From: a virus
Direction: 5' to 3' (one strand)
Virus record (IMG/VR): IMGVR_UViG_3300020578_000017
Coordinates: 1 to 64,000 of that record
DNA: 64,000 nt
Part shown: positions 28,594-38,167 of the stretch, piece after piece
How positions within the stretch are numbered: position 1 is the first letter of the stretch
How the letters are laid out: the number at the start of each line of letters is the position of its first letter
The notes under the pieces: model-generated
Database searches by the model: none
Told to the model about the DNA's origin: nothing
What the model saw: the letters and a program-made list of their open reading frames with translations, nothing else
Position numbers and translations under genes: made by a program

Positions 28594-31512
28594 CTATGCC
28601 TTAATGTTAAGGGTTACTCTTACCCAAGCGACGCTGAACACAGGCTTGTAGAAAGCCTCAGCAAGAATGATGGTTGGATCAAGCGGACTAACTTGAACAT
28701 CAACATTCTTGAACTCTGAGACAAGTTGTGCGGAAACTAGAGACTGTAAAGAACCAGCTAGATTTGATCTCATTGAAGCTAGAAGAGAAGGTAGGTTCTT
28801 CTGGCCAATAAAGACCTCTAGTGAAGCTCTGCAGTCTTTCTGTACCTTGTCGATAACCTGAGTCACGTAAGGAGTACGGGTAAGCACTGAAGACATATCA
28901 GTAGTAAACCACTGACGAACACGAATGTTAGGACGGAAGTCTTCAAGTACAGTAACGCCAGCTACTGCAGTTTGATTTGCCTCAACGCTATCTAGGATTC
29001 TGGATAGACGCTTGAAACCAACTAATTCCTTGCGGGTCATATCGGTAGCTTCATCATACTGAGGGCTTACAACCTTACCAGCAAGAGCTGCTGCTAACAT
29101 TGCGCCGTCAACTAGATACTCATTCTCAACGCCAGCTTCATCAACAATACCTAGAACAACGCCATCTGGGTAAAGTAAGACGATTCTTGAGCCAACTAAG
29201 CCCTTGGCTAGAGACTGAGCCTTTGAAGGTGTTGTGCCTAAAGGACAGCCAAGGAACGTCATTCTCTCGCCCTGGAATCTCTCAGAAGACATCTTGTCTA
29301 CGTGAGCCTTGGCAAAGCCTTGGACCTCGCTAAGCGTAGTTAAAGGAACAACGATATCTGCATTGTAGATACCTTCAATCTTCTTTTCAAGATCTGTGAT
29401 ACCTGCAATATAAGCAGCTGCAGAAGCATCTGCCTTGCCGGGAGTCTTAAGAACTTGCTTAAAGCCAACAGCAGTTGCACCATTTAAGAATGCTAGGTAT
29501 GCAGCTAATGATAACTTGTTGTCAATATTGATGTTGCCGTACTCAGCTTCAATGTTCTTAATCTTGGTAAATACCTTGGAGCTGAAATCTTCCTTTCGGT
29601 ACTTATAAGAAACATAATAGAAGTCACCGATGGATGGCTCAGGACCACTCTTATCAAAGGTCTTGATAATGGCAGTATCACCGTCACCGCAGTCTAATGT
29701 GTTTAGAACTTGTAACTTGATACCAGGTACGTCAAGAACAAAATCATTACTTGCAGTTAGTGTGGGGTCAACAGTAACATCAATAATTAGGTAGTCATCG
29801 GCATCATAAAGACCTGAGTCCTTAATAGTGAATCTAACGCCTGTGCTTGGATCGTAGAAGGTTCTTCCTACGACACCAGAACCAGAAGTGCCAGATGCAT
29901 TATTTGAAGATACGACAAACTGAGTAGGGCTACCGAATAAAATGGTAATTATCTCGTCTACTGCCTTCTTAGGGACAGTCTGTAAGTCGGATCCAGTCTC
30001 TAGCCATACCTCTGAAGCACTCCAGTCACCGTCATCAACATCACTATCATCGGCATTTAGCTCTGCGTGAGCTAGTGAACCGCTGCTCTGTGAGGAGATA
30101 GAGTAGGTGCCAGCTCCAGCAGCGCCTGCAGACTCAACTGTAACAGTATAAACTTCATCACGTAACTGGTTATACCAGTAAGTAGCGAGTACAACTGAAT
30201 CATCCGCAATAGCTTCAGAAAGAATAACCTTATTGCCGCTAAGAGCAACTGGAGTACCACCATCTACAGAAACCTTGGTTAAGTCACGGGTTTCTCTGCC
30301 TAATCCGGAACCATCTACTGGAGTGAAAGTCATTTGCCAAACTGCAGTAGCGCCATCTACGACATCAACTGGAGATAGCACATCATTGACAAACTTGCTG
30401 TCAACTAGAGTTACCTTGACCTGGGTGTCATCGAAATACTCTTTCTTTGGAGTATGAACAGCGCCAGAAACTAAAGCAGAGGAACCCCAGTTTAGTTGAT
30501 CGCCTTCATTGACGAAACTTGCACCCTCTGCATAATCGCTGCTGCGGTTAGGGCTTGATCCGACGCCACCGCCAATGATCTCAACAACCTGCTTGTTTGG
30601 TAACGGATCAGAAGTATCTTGATAGGTATTTGTCCAATAAGATACCTTCAAGCTGCTGACTACTTCACCTAAAGTGACGCTCGCACCAGTAATAACAACA
30701 AGACCACTAACAGTACCGTAAACGCCAGCAGTACCGGTAGGGATTAAGGAGCTTAATGGAAGCTGGATGACACCATTTTGACCATCAATAACAACTGAAG
30801 TTTCTAGTACAGTCTCATCGTCGCCAGCAGTAAAAACGAGTACTGGATTTAGGTTAGGACTACCAGGTTCAATAATACCAACGCCACTGGATACAGATAA
30901 TGAACCAGCTAATGCTGAACCATTACCAGTAGAATCTACAATTGGGCTATAGAAAGTGTTAATGCTAACTAAAGCATCATGACGAGTGCCAGTTGCAACT
31001 GGAGAGCTTAAAAGATCGCTGTGAACTTCTAATTCAACTAGAAGGTCACCACGATGCCAGTAATAAGTAACGTCAACAACGTCATCTTCGAGTACGACTT
31101 GAGCTAGGTAAACCTCACCTAGTAAACCATTAACTCTGGCAACACCTGCAGCTTCACCATTAATTCTTACGGCAACCTGAGAAGGAGCTGTGGCTAAAGT
31201 GCCTGTGCCATCACCTGAAGTAATAGGAACGTTACGAACACGAACAACAGACTTCTCGCCGTCTGCATTTCCTAATAGATTTGTGTCAGGATCTACGAAA
31301 CGACCTGTCATATCTTCACGGTTAGAAATAACATCTACTGAAGCTGATGAACCGCGAACAACTTCTAAGTTACGGACTGTGTAGGTTTCTTCGCCAACAC
31401 CAACGAAAACTGGAATTCTTAAACCAGCTGAACCAACTGCGCCTTCTGTAGATACGATTGTGTTCGTATAGACTCCAGGCGGAACATAAGTAGTAAATGG
31501 ACCAATACCCAT
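28594..31512 (-). CDS. Contractile tail sheath protein (972 aa, with inserted Ig-like domains)
   Basis: Starts TYVPPGVYT..PVFVGVG; C-terminal sheath domain (AFLNGA, HVDKMS..ER, RIVLLYP, LAAALAG, YKPVFSVAWVRVT). Confidence 0.9.
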   Translation of the reverse strand: MGIGPFTTYVPPGVYTNTIVSTEGAVGSAGLRIPVFVGVGEETYTVRNLEVVRGSSASVDVISNREDMTGRFVDPDTNLLGNADGEKSVVRVRNVPITSGDGTGTLATAPSQVAVRINGEAAGVARVNGLLGEVYLAQVVLEDDVVDVTYYWHRGDLLVELEVHSDLLSSPVATGTRHDALVSINTFYSPIVDSTGNGSALAGSLSVSSGVGIIEPGSPNLNPVLVFTAGDDETVLETSVVIDGQNGVIQLPLSSLIPTGTAGVYGTVSGLVVITGASVTLGEVVSSLKVSYWTNTYQDTSDPLPNKQVVEIIGGGVGSSPNRSSDYAEGASFVNEGDQLNWGSSALVSGAVHTPKKEYFDDTQVKVTLVDSKFVNDVLSPVDVVDGATAVWQMTFTPVDGSGLGRETRDLTKVSVDGGTPVALSGNKVILSEAIADDSVVLATYWYNQLRDEVYTVTVESAGAAGAGTYSISSQSSGSLAHAELNADDSDVDDGDWSASEVWLETGSDLQTVPKKAVDEIITILFGSPTQFVVSSNNASGTSGSGVVGRTFYDPSTGVRFTIKDSGLYDADDYLIIDVTVDPTLTASNDFVLDVPGIKLQVLNTLDCGDGDTAIIKTFDKSGPEPSIGDFYYVSYKYRKEDFSSKVFTKIKNIEAEYGNINIDNKLSLAAYLAFLNGATAVGFKQVLKTPGKADASAAAYIAGITDLEKKIEGIYNADIVVPLTTLSEVQGFAKAHVDKMSSERFQGERMTFLGCPLGTTPSKAQSLAKGLVGSRIVLLYPDGVVLGIVDEAGVENEYLVDGAMLAAALAGKVVSPQYDEATDMTRKELVGFKRLSRILDSVEANQTAVAGVTVLEDFRPNIRVRQWFTTDMSSVLTRTPYVTQVIDKVQKDCRASLEVFIGQKNLPSLLASMRSNLAGSLQSLVSAQLVSEFKNVDVQVSPLDPTIILAEAFYKPVFSVAWVRVTLNIKA

Positions 31513-31562
31513 ATTTATCTCCCTAAAAGTAGTAGTTACAATATAAATTTCTATCTATATAG

Positions 31563-31648
31563 AAAAAAGCCAATATAAATTTAAATCCCATATAGGGAGT
31601 AGGCCTCCATTAATATGAAGGCCTACTAGAAAAATTTATTGGCTTTTT
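31563..31648. promoter_or_regulatory. Nested inverted repeat upstream of sheath gene
   Basis: Inner stem AGTAGGCCT...AGGCCTACT (31598-31627) enclosed by an outer pair AAAAAGCCAATA(T)AAATTT / AAATTTATTGGCTTTTT. Confidence 0.5.
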
Positions 31649-32195
31649 AGAAACCGTAGTTATGTGCACCATCTTTAATGTCGTAAGGTTCACCTAGAAC
31701 TGGTTCTTTATTGTTTTCTTTTAAAAACCCATCGTGTTCATCATCGCTATCCGATGATTCAAATGGATTAGAAGAGGAAAGCTGATCTTCGTCTGATAGT
31801 GACATTTCTTCGCCATCGGAAGATGATGAACTCATGTCTTCAGAATCACGTAGGTCTGAAGATAGATAGTCTTCAAAATCCGCATCACTGCTTTCCCAAT
31901 TTGATGAAGAACTCTCTAGTACATCCGAAGACAAATAATCTTCCCAGGATAACTCACTTAGATCGAATTCTTCGGATATCATATCATGTATACCGCTCTC
32001 TACTTCGTCTAAGTCACCAGAAAGGCCCTCTACAAGGTCATCTAACTCTTCAAGTTCATCGGATAGTTTTTCTACTTCTGAAGACTCTAAATCATCAGTA
32101 TTAGATTCAAACTTATCCTGCCATTCACTAAACTTATCCCAAAGTAGATCTAAGTCACTAGCTAGCTCATTAAGCTTCTGCGATATTTTTTCCAC
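31647..32195 (-). CDS. Highly acidic D/E/S-rich hypothetical protein
   Basis: GGAG RBS and GTG start; very high D/E/S content with an internal repeat EDYLSSD x2. Confidence 0.75.
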   Translation of the reverse strand: MEKISQKLNELASDLDLLWDKFSEWQDKFESNTDDLESSEVEKLSDELEELDDLVEGLSGDLDEVESGIHDMISEEFDLSELSWEDYLSSDVLESSSSNWESSDADFEDYLSSDLRDSEDMSSSSSDGEEMSLSDEDQLSSSNPFESSDSDDEHDGFLKENNKEPVLGEPYDIKDGAHNYGF

Positions 32196-32222
32196 GTTAT
32201 TAGACTCTCCTAAGATATAAAT

Positions 32223-32594
32223 TTATTGATTATTAATGACGATATCAGCAACTTCTTTTCTTGACTGTTTTGTCTCATTTGAAGCTGCTTTTAAACTACC
32301 GGAGTCAGTTAGTTCAACTAAATGACTGTTTGTTTCTCTTCTGATGCTATTAGCGGTTTGATGTAAGGAATTAATCTTTTCCCATTTCTTTTCCGCATCA
32401 GAGCCAACTATTTGATCGATAGTTGCTGTTGGTGGCATACCTGCTTGATAAGTGATGCCGACAGTATGAGGCTTGAACTGACGAGGAGACATAGACTTGC
32501 AAGACTTACACTCTGCCTCGGAAACCTGACTATCTTGTACTATCTTGTCAAATAATAAACCACATTCTTTACAAAAGAAATCAAACTTTGGCAT
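32223..32594 (-). CDS. FmdB-like zinc-ribbon protein
   Basis: MPKFDFFCKECG...CKSC. Confidence 0.7.
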   Translation of the reverse strand: MPKFDFFCKECGLLFDKIVQDSQVSEAECKSCKSMSPRQFKPHTVGITYQAGMPPTATIDQIVGSDAEKKWEKINSLHQTANSIRRETNSHLVELTDSGSLKAASNETKQSRKEVADIVINNQ

Positions 32595-32596
32595 TT

Positions 32597-34477
32597 TTAC
32601 GTAACCCTCTCAGACTTTAGTATAGGGCTTTCTATGATTGGAAAAAGCGTAGGCTCTTGAAATACAGGAACATCTTTAATGTCTGAATACGCATAGCTGA
32701 TAAACTTCAAATGTACATCCCGTATTTTTATTGGAATTGGCTTTCTAATATGCCAGTCCGTTAAGAAAACAACACTTACACTTGCCATGTAGTACTGATC
32801 TGTTGTATTTTCATCATAAGGTTCTTCTGCTTCGCCTTGTATAGAAATCTCATCTAGGATTATTCCCTCGGAATCAAATCTTTCTTTTAGGGACAGAAGA
32901 TACATGGCGGTTAAATCAGTAATTTCTTCCTGCTGAATTGGGTCTAAAGCAACTATATCTAGGGTAAAAGAAACTCTAAATTTACCCCCATACTCATGGG
33001 AAGTTGGCTCAGGATCACCCGAAATAAAAACTAGCTGCCTCCCACCTACCTGAGCTTGTTTTGCGAAACTTAAAACGCAACCTTCTATTGCTTCATTATT
33101 TGCACCATACGCAGAGAATTCGTAAGGACCCTGTGAGTCTAATGCATAATAATAGCTTACCTTTACTTCACCTTCAGGAATAGCTTCATTGAATATCAGA
33201 TCATTTGTGTCAGAGTCAAATGTGAAAACTTCATGGGATATAATATCTTTCTTTACCCATACATCAACGCTTTTTGCTACAATGCCAGCATCTGGAAGCA
33301 TTATTCTCCAAGAATCATCAAACACTTCGGCTATAGGAACTGTAAGACCGGGGGATTCGCTGAGATAATAGTAGCTAGCGGTTACCCTTAATCCTGGTGG
33401 TAGCTTTTTTGAAAAAGTTACCTTGTAGCCATCTACTAGAGAAAATGTTATCTTATCTTTGCTATAAACGTCTGTATTTTCGTCTGTGTAGTTAAAAAGC
33501 TTTTCTTCATCTAACCAAACTTCTAAGGTACCTGCTACTGTTTTTGAAAACTCTAAGTCAAGTATACTTTCTGTACCGGTAGTTTTTCTCTTTAGAAGTT
33601 CGTTTGAAACTCTTTTTATTACAAAGTAATCAAAGCCAGATTGTAATGTCTCGTCGGTACTGGCCTGTACGATACTTAAGTTAATACCTGACTGCTTTTC
33701 TTTAAAGGTAATAGTACGTAAAGATTCATCTATCTCATACTTACTGCTATCTACATCAACATCATCTACTCTAACAGTTAAGTCTGTAAAAATATCAGAT
33801 CCAAGTTCTTCGTTAAAATATATCTTTGCTCTTCTAAAGTTTGAAGTACTAATAGGAAAAGGTGCCCTGTATAACAACGGGTCTACCATAAAAGTAGTGT
33901 CAGATACAATCTCTACCCCGTAAGCACCGACATGAGCCAAGTGTAAAGAGTAGTAAGCTATTTTAACTAAAGATCCAGAAGGCGGGGCTGTCCTAAGCTG
34001 CACTAAACCTTCTGTTGGGAAAATCTGAAAAGGAGTTACAGACTGCCCATCAACGTAAACGCTTATGGAGCCAACGTCATCTTTATTTAAGGATACGATC
34101 TCTTTTTCAAACTTACTAAGACCTACCAATTGCTGATTAGATAACTCAAATAAAACATTGTCACCATCTACCTGGTCTGATACATCATCTACATGATACT
34201 GTACAAGATTTTGAGTGTCTTCTCTTACCCATTCTACAGCAGAGCCAGAAATATTAACTAAGCCTACGCGAGAAAGAACTTGACCAAGATAGTTGTCTGG
34301 AGATAGCTTTATCTGCTCTGCACTACTATTTTTAACGATAATACCATACTTGCTTTTTTCATCAAGTTGGTATTTGTTTGTTACAGTAATTTTGTCGTAA
34401 ATAGGATGAGTACGAAAAGCTCCTTGAAGCTCCCGTATTAATCTACGCTTTACGGCGTTAGTTAATTGATAATAAAT
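32597..34477 (-). CDS. Tail terminator/neck-like structural protein with Ig-like inserts, 626 aa, probable ATT start
   Basis: The track ORF starts at TTG 34129, but the frame is open for 116 more codons back to ATT 34477 (IYYQLTNAVKRRLIRELQGAFRTHPIY...), with AGGTGA RBS 6 nt upstream and an in-frame TGA three codons upstream. C-terminal GGKFRVSFTLDIVALDPIQQEEITD...YYMASVSV resembles terminator folds. Confidence 0.6.
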   Translation of the reverse strand: MYYQLTNAVKRRLIRELQGAFRTHPIYDKITVTNKYQLDEKSKYGIIVKNSSAEQIKLSPDNYLGQVLSRVGLVNISGSAVEWVREDTQNLVQYHVDDVSDQVDGDNVLFELSNQQLVGLSKFEKEIVSLNKDDVGSISVYVDGQSVTPFQIFPTEGLVQLRTAPPSGSLVKIAYYSLHLAHVGAYGVEIVSDTTFMVDPLLYRAPFPISTSNFRRAKIYFNEELGSDIFTDLTVRVDDVDVDSSKYEIDESLRTITFKEKQSGINLSIVQASTDETLQSGFDYFVIKRVSNELLKRKTTGTESILDLEFSKTVAGTLEVWLDEEKLFNYTDENTDVYSKDKITFSLVDGYKVTFSKKLPPGLRVTASYYYLSESPGLTVPIAEVFDDSWRIMLPDAGIVAKSVDVWVKKDIISHEVFTFDSDTNDLIFNEAIPEGEVKVSYYYALDSQGPYEFSAYGANNEAIEGCVLSFAKQAQVGGRQLVFISGDPEPTSHEYGGKFRVSFTLDIVALDPIQQEEITDLTAMYLLSLKERFDSEGIILDEISIQGEAEEPYDENTTDQYYMASVSVVFLTDWHIRKPIPIKIRDVHLKFISYAYSDIKDVPVFQEPTLFPIIESPILKSERVT

Positions 34478-34487
34478 GACGTATCAC

Positions 34488-34745
34488 CTAATATTTTATA
34501 GTCTCGTCGGGTAGCTCATTTATGACTTTTTTCTTTTTAAGCTTATCTAAAGCTTGACCAAGGCTATCCAAATTTTGCTTTGGTAGTTTTTTTAAGCCAG
34601 GGTCACTTACAAACTTATCTAAAGCTTTTGTCAAATTAGTCTTTGACGTTTGCCCGCCACTACTTGTACTAAGTTCTTTTTTGTTTAGTAGGCCAACTTG
34701 CTTAGCATAAGAAATGGAGTCCTTGAACTTTTTCAAAGACCCCAT
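34488..34745 (-). CDS. Basic hypothetical protein; probably the -1 frame extension of the upstream gene
   Basis: The frame is open upstream of the ATG back to the A8 run at 34822-34829. Confidence 0.55.
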   Translation of the reverse strand: MGSLKKFKDSISYAKQVGLLNKKELSTSSGGQTSKTNLTKALDKFVSDPGLKKLPKQNLDSLGQALDKLKKKKVINELPDETIKY

Positions 34746-34813
34746 CCCGAATGACTTATCGGACTCAGCTACGTTCTCTAAGTAGTTTAACGCCTTAGTG
34801 ACGTTTTTATCAA

Positions 34814-35512
34814 CTACCGCGTTTTTTTTGAGAGTTTAACGAAACTGGCTTTCTTTTTGGTGACAGGAGAATCAGCAGAAGCCTTTACAGGCATTGCGCC
34901 CTCAAAGCCTCCTAAATCATCAGCCTGAGCAAAAGGAGCATGGCCTAATGAAGTTACTTCTGGAAGAGCCTCGTGACGGAAAACAGCCTTGACAGAAGAT
35001 AGGCTCTTATTAGAATCAATCCTGTCCTGAACTGCGGGGCCTTCATTTCTGGCGGTGCCGATAGAACTTGCGTCAAAGTTGGCGAACTTGGCTAGTTCCT
35101 TAGCAATTCCCATTACTAAGTTGTACTCTTCTGCATAGAGGCTAGCAACTTTAGATGCCTTCCTCTTAGAAGCAACTACTGGAGAATGGCCCATCAGCAT
35201 ATCGCTGATGGCATCTAAGCCCTTGGGGTAAAAGTCAGAGTTATGAGCCTGATCGCCATAAACAGCTTGCGCTCTAGCCTGGACTTCAGCTAATGAAGGT
35301 GGGTTCCAATCTTCCTGGGGAAGAACAGCGGATAAAGGCATATCCTTGACATGCTTCATGCCTGAAAAGTTATGATTATGAATTTCTACATTGCGACCAC
35401 TGTTGTCATGAACCTGAAAAGAATCATCAACACCAATTTCGTCTTCAGCGCCAGGAACCATTAAACTAGCTAACTTGGCTAGCTCGCGGGCAATTTCTTG
35501 ATCTCTTGACAT
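34814..35512 (-). CDS. Putative internal head protein rich in K-x-A-S motifs
   Basis: AKLAS, KRKASKVAS, AKFAN, KKKAS; AGGA RBS. Confidence 0.6.
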   Translation of the reverse strand: MSRDQEIARELAKLASLMVPGAEDEIGVDDSFQVHDNSGRNVEIHNHNFSGMKHVKDMPLSAVLPQEDWNPPSLAEVQARAQAVYGDQAHNSDFYPKGLDAISDMLMGHSPVVASKRKASKVASLYAEEYNLVMGIAKELAKFANFDASSIGTARNEGPAVQDRIDSNKSLSSVKAVFRHEALPEVTSLGHAPFAQADDLGGFEGAMPVKASADSPVTKKKASFVKLSKKTR

Positions 35513-35586
35513 TTAAAGGGAGTCCTTCTAACGATAAGTCCTACAAAAAGTATCTAAGCAAAGAATAAAAAACAAACTAAAACAAC

Positions 35587-36555
35587 TTAATCGCCAAATA
35601 GGGATTTTACTTTTTTCTGCCTATTCAAACGATTTTTATCTCTAAGAGACTTAGCCTCTTCTATGTCTTCATCTTCCTCTACATCTAAATGCTTTGGTGT
35701 GATGTCGAACTCTGGTTTCTGTGAAGGAGGGATATTTTCGGGTTCTTCTGGAGCAGCCTCTTCTTCTGCCTCAAACTCTTCAAAAGGCTCTTGTTTTGGC
35801 CTGAATGCCGAGAACTCACCCTCTTGCTCTTCCCTTTTAAAAAGCTTAGGGACTCCCTTTACTGCAGGAATAACATCCTCTTCCATTTCTTCTACCGCCT
35901 TAGTATCAATGTCCTTAGGTAGCAACGTGGTTGGGACAGTCTGTATTTCTGAAACAGCTCTGTTTTTAAATAATGGCTTTACGCCTTTTTCTGGAGCTTT
36001 TTTCTCAGAAAAAGGTGAGGAGGGTAATGCTGATACTTCTTCCTCTTCTGGTTTCTGTAATTCTTGAGGCTTAATTGGCATATCAAGTTTAAACTTATCT
36101 AAAAGTTTTCTTACTGAAGCGAATATATGCTTACAGCCATAATTTACCCTTACAGGATCTCTTACTTTAGGAGGAACAAGCTTTCCTCTTGAGTTTCCTA
36201 GTAACGCATCTTTTTGAGATAAGTTATACTGACCGCCTTGGTATAGAAAAGCTGGACAGTCGCAGTTTACTTTTATGTTTAGATCTTTTTTGTCTTCTAC
36301 CTGGGTAGGATCATCTAAAATCTGAATACTTACCTTATGACCATCTTTTTTTGAATCTTTCTCTGAGCACACTACTTTGTATACATAGATGCTATCTTTT
36401 TCAGAGTAGTTCAGTAATCCAGTTGAACAGTTTAGCGAATTTCTATTTAGTTTTGACTTAGAAGACACAATCTCATCAAGAGATATAGCTGCTATTTTGA
36501 CACGACCAGAAATAATGTTTCTGATCGTTCCAACTAACACTAGGATAGGGATCAC
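35587..36555 (-). CDS. SWIM-type zinc-finger protein with acidic/Pro-rich tail
   Basis: KVNCDCPAFLYQG...GCKHI (CxC...CxH). Confidence 0.7.
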   Translation of the reverse strand: MIPILVLVGTIRNIISGRVKIAAISLDEIVSSKSKLNRNSLNCSTGLLNYSEKDSIYVYKVVCSEKDSKKDGHKVSIQILDDPTQVEDKKDLNIKVNCDCPAFLYQGGQYNLSQKDALLGNSRGKLVPPKVRDPVRVNYGCKHIFASVRKLLDKFKLDMPIKPQELQKPEEEEVSALPSSPFSEKKAPEKGVKPLFKNRAVSEIQTVPTTLLPKDIDTKAVEEMEEDVIPAVKGVPKLFKREEQEGEFSAFRPKQEPFEEFEAEEEAAPEEPENIPPSQKPEFDITPKHLDVEEDEDIEEAKSLRDKNRLNRQKKVKSLFGD

Positions 36556-37574
36556 TCACTGTCCTCAAGCTGTGCGGCAACCATAAGACCCCTAGCTACG
36601 GCAGTAAGTGGATCAGATGCATGTCTAATTTCTCTTACCTCAAAGGGGAAGTTACTCTTATGCTTTTCAAATACCTTTTTAAACATATCAACGAAACCGC
36701 CTGCAAGAGAAGTACCGCCTGCGATTACGATAGGAATAGCATCAGAAAGCTCTACCTTAGCGTTTTTCATCTCTTTGACTACAAATGAAACGGCTCTTTC
36801 GATTAGAGTCTGGTAGTAGAATGCAATAGCTTCTTCTTCCTTTGAACTAAAATCATCGGCCATAATATTAACGCCTTTTTCCTTGATGATCTGAATGCGG
36901 GAAGCTGTGGTGCTTAAGGCTCTAGCCACGCTTGCGTCAATCTGATCGCCGGAACCTTGAATTGAGAACTGAAGAATAGGCATAGTCATGTAGCTAAAAC
37001 AAACGTTGACCATACCGCCACCGAAAGACATGGATAAACCTGTAAAATTGCTATCCTGGCACTCAGCATAAATGATTGCCATAGCTTCATTGATTGGTAC
37101 AGGTCTAAATCCCAGGCTAGATACTAGCCTCTCAAGAACCTTTGTATGGTAGATATTGTTTACGCCTTTGTTATCTACTGGATCTGCGGGAATAGAATAG
37201 CAAACAACCTCACCTTCCTTTGCAGGCTCACCAAGTAGGCTCTTAATAATAGCGGCTAGAATATCCCCAGAAATCGCTAGCTCTTCTGGGGATATTAAAC
37301 CATCCTTTAATGGCCTTCTTGCTTCTCTCTTAAGTAGATTTGCAAAGTTTACTGACTCATCGCCAATAATATAGAAGTTGCCACCTAGCTCAAGTAGCTT
37401 GGCACCGGACATCTTGATAGTATTTTTAATGAAGGGCTCATCAGGTACATCTATAAAAGAGTCTCTAATCTTTGTAAGAACTACTTCTCCTGAAGCATTT
37501 TTAACTGCCGAAACAAAGAAACATGTACCAGCGTCAAGTCCCCTACCTGGGTTAATATCAGTTTTCTTAGCCAT
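36552..37574 (-). CDS. Actin-like ATPase (MreB/FtsA/ParM superfamily)
   Basis: Phosphate-1 GLDAGTC, connect-1 INEAMAI, phosphate-2 SFGGGMVN, adenosine IVIAGGTSLAGGF, connect-2 DPLTAVARG; also RRPLKDGLI resembling MreB RPMKDGVI. Confidence 0.9.
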   Translation of the reverse strand: MAKKTDINPGRGLDAGTCFFVSAVKNASGEVVLTKIRDSFIDVPDEPFIKNTIKMSGAKLLELGGNFYIIGDESVNFANLLKREARRPLKDGLISPEELAISGDILAAIIKSLLGEPAKEGEVVCYSIPADPVDNKGVNNIYHTKVLERLVSSLGFRPVPINEAMAIIYAECQDSNFTGLSMSFGGGMVNVCFSYMTMPILQFSIQGSGDQIDASVARALSTTASRIQIIKEKGVNIMADDFSSKEEEAIAFYYQTLIERAVSFVVKEMKNAKVELSDAIPIVIAGGTSLAGGFVDMFKKVFEKHKSNFPFEVREIRHASDPLTAVARGLMVAAQLEDSE

Positions 37575-38157
37575 CGGTATTACTCTTCTTTTTCCTTAAC
37601 TTTTTAAGCTCCTCAAGAGCTTTATCTGCGATTTCATCTGCAACAACTGCAGAATCAGCTTTTAGGGAAACATCATCTTTAACTTTGAATGTCGGTATAA
37701 AAAGCTCTTCTGCAACACTGTCTGGTATCGCAGCAATAACAGGCTTGGCATGATTATAATCAGAAACAGGTGCCTGTTGAACTGGAATTCCTTTTGCTAA
37801 CAAGTCAACTATAGAATGAATTGAACCCGCTAAACTTTGAATATCTGAGTTTAGCTTTGCGATATCTTTTTTAATGGCATCCATATTGGCATCAGCTTTG
37901 CTGACTGCCATAGGCTTAACGACGTTATTCGACTGAGGAACGGGGGGCCTAGGACCAACGTTTTTTCTGCTGTCCATAGAGGCATAACGAACTTCTGCAT
38001 CTGATACAGAAATAATCCATCTCTTATGAATTGCTTGAACTACAGATGGAGAAGCTTGCTGTTCTTCAGTCAAGTAATAAATATCGCCATAGTTTTTCCA
38101 GGTGCAACCTACTTCTAGGTCCATTACACCATGAACTGCTGACATAAATGCTTGCAT
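37567..38157 (-). CDS. Hypothetical coiled-coil protein coupled to the actin-like gene (candidate adaptor)
   Basis: 8-nt overlap with the actin gene; coiled coil MDAIKKDIAKLNSDIQSL and basic C-terminal helix ALEELKKLRKKK. Confidence 0.65.
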   Translation of the reverse strand: MQAFMSAVHGVMDLEVGCTWKNYGDIYYLTEEQQASPSVVQAIHKRWIISVSDAEVRYASMDSRKNVGPRPPVPQSNNVVKPMAVSKADANMDAIKKDIAKLNSDIQSLAGSIHSIVDLLAKGIPVQQAPVSDYNHAKPVIAAIPDSVAEELFIPTFKVKDDVSLKADSAVVADEIADKALEELKKLRKKKSNTDG

Positions 38158-38167
38158 TTAATTTTAC

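Noticed and set aside
5570-31512. Extracellular contractile injection system or tailocin
   Set aside because: Terminase, portal, protease and capsid genes lie in the same unit, so this is a complete phage virion module.
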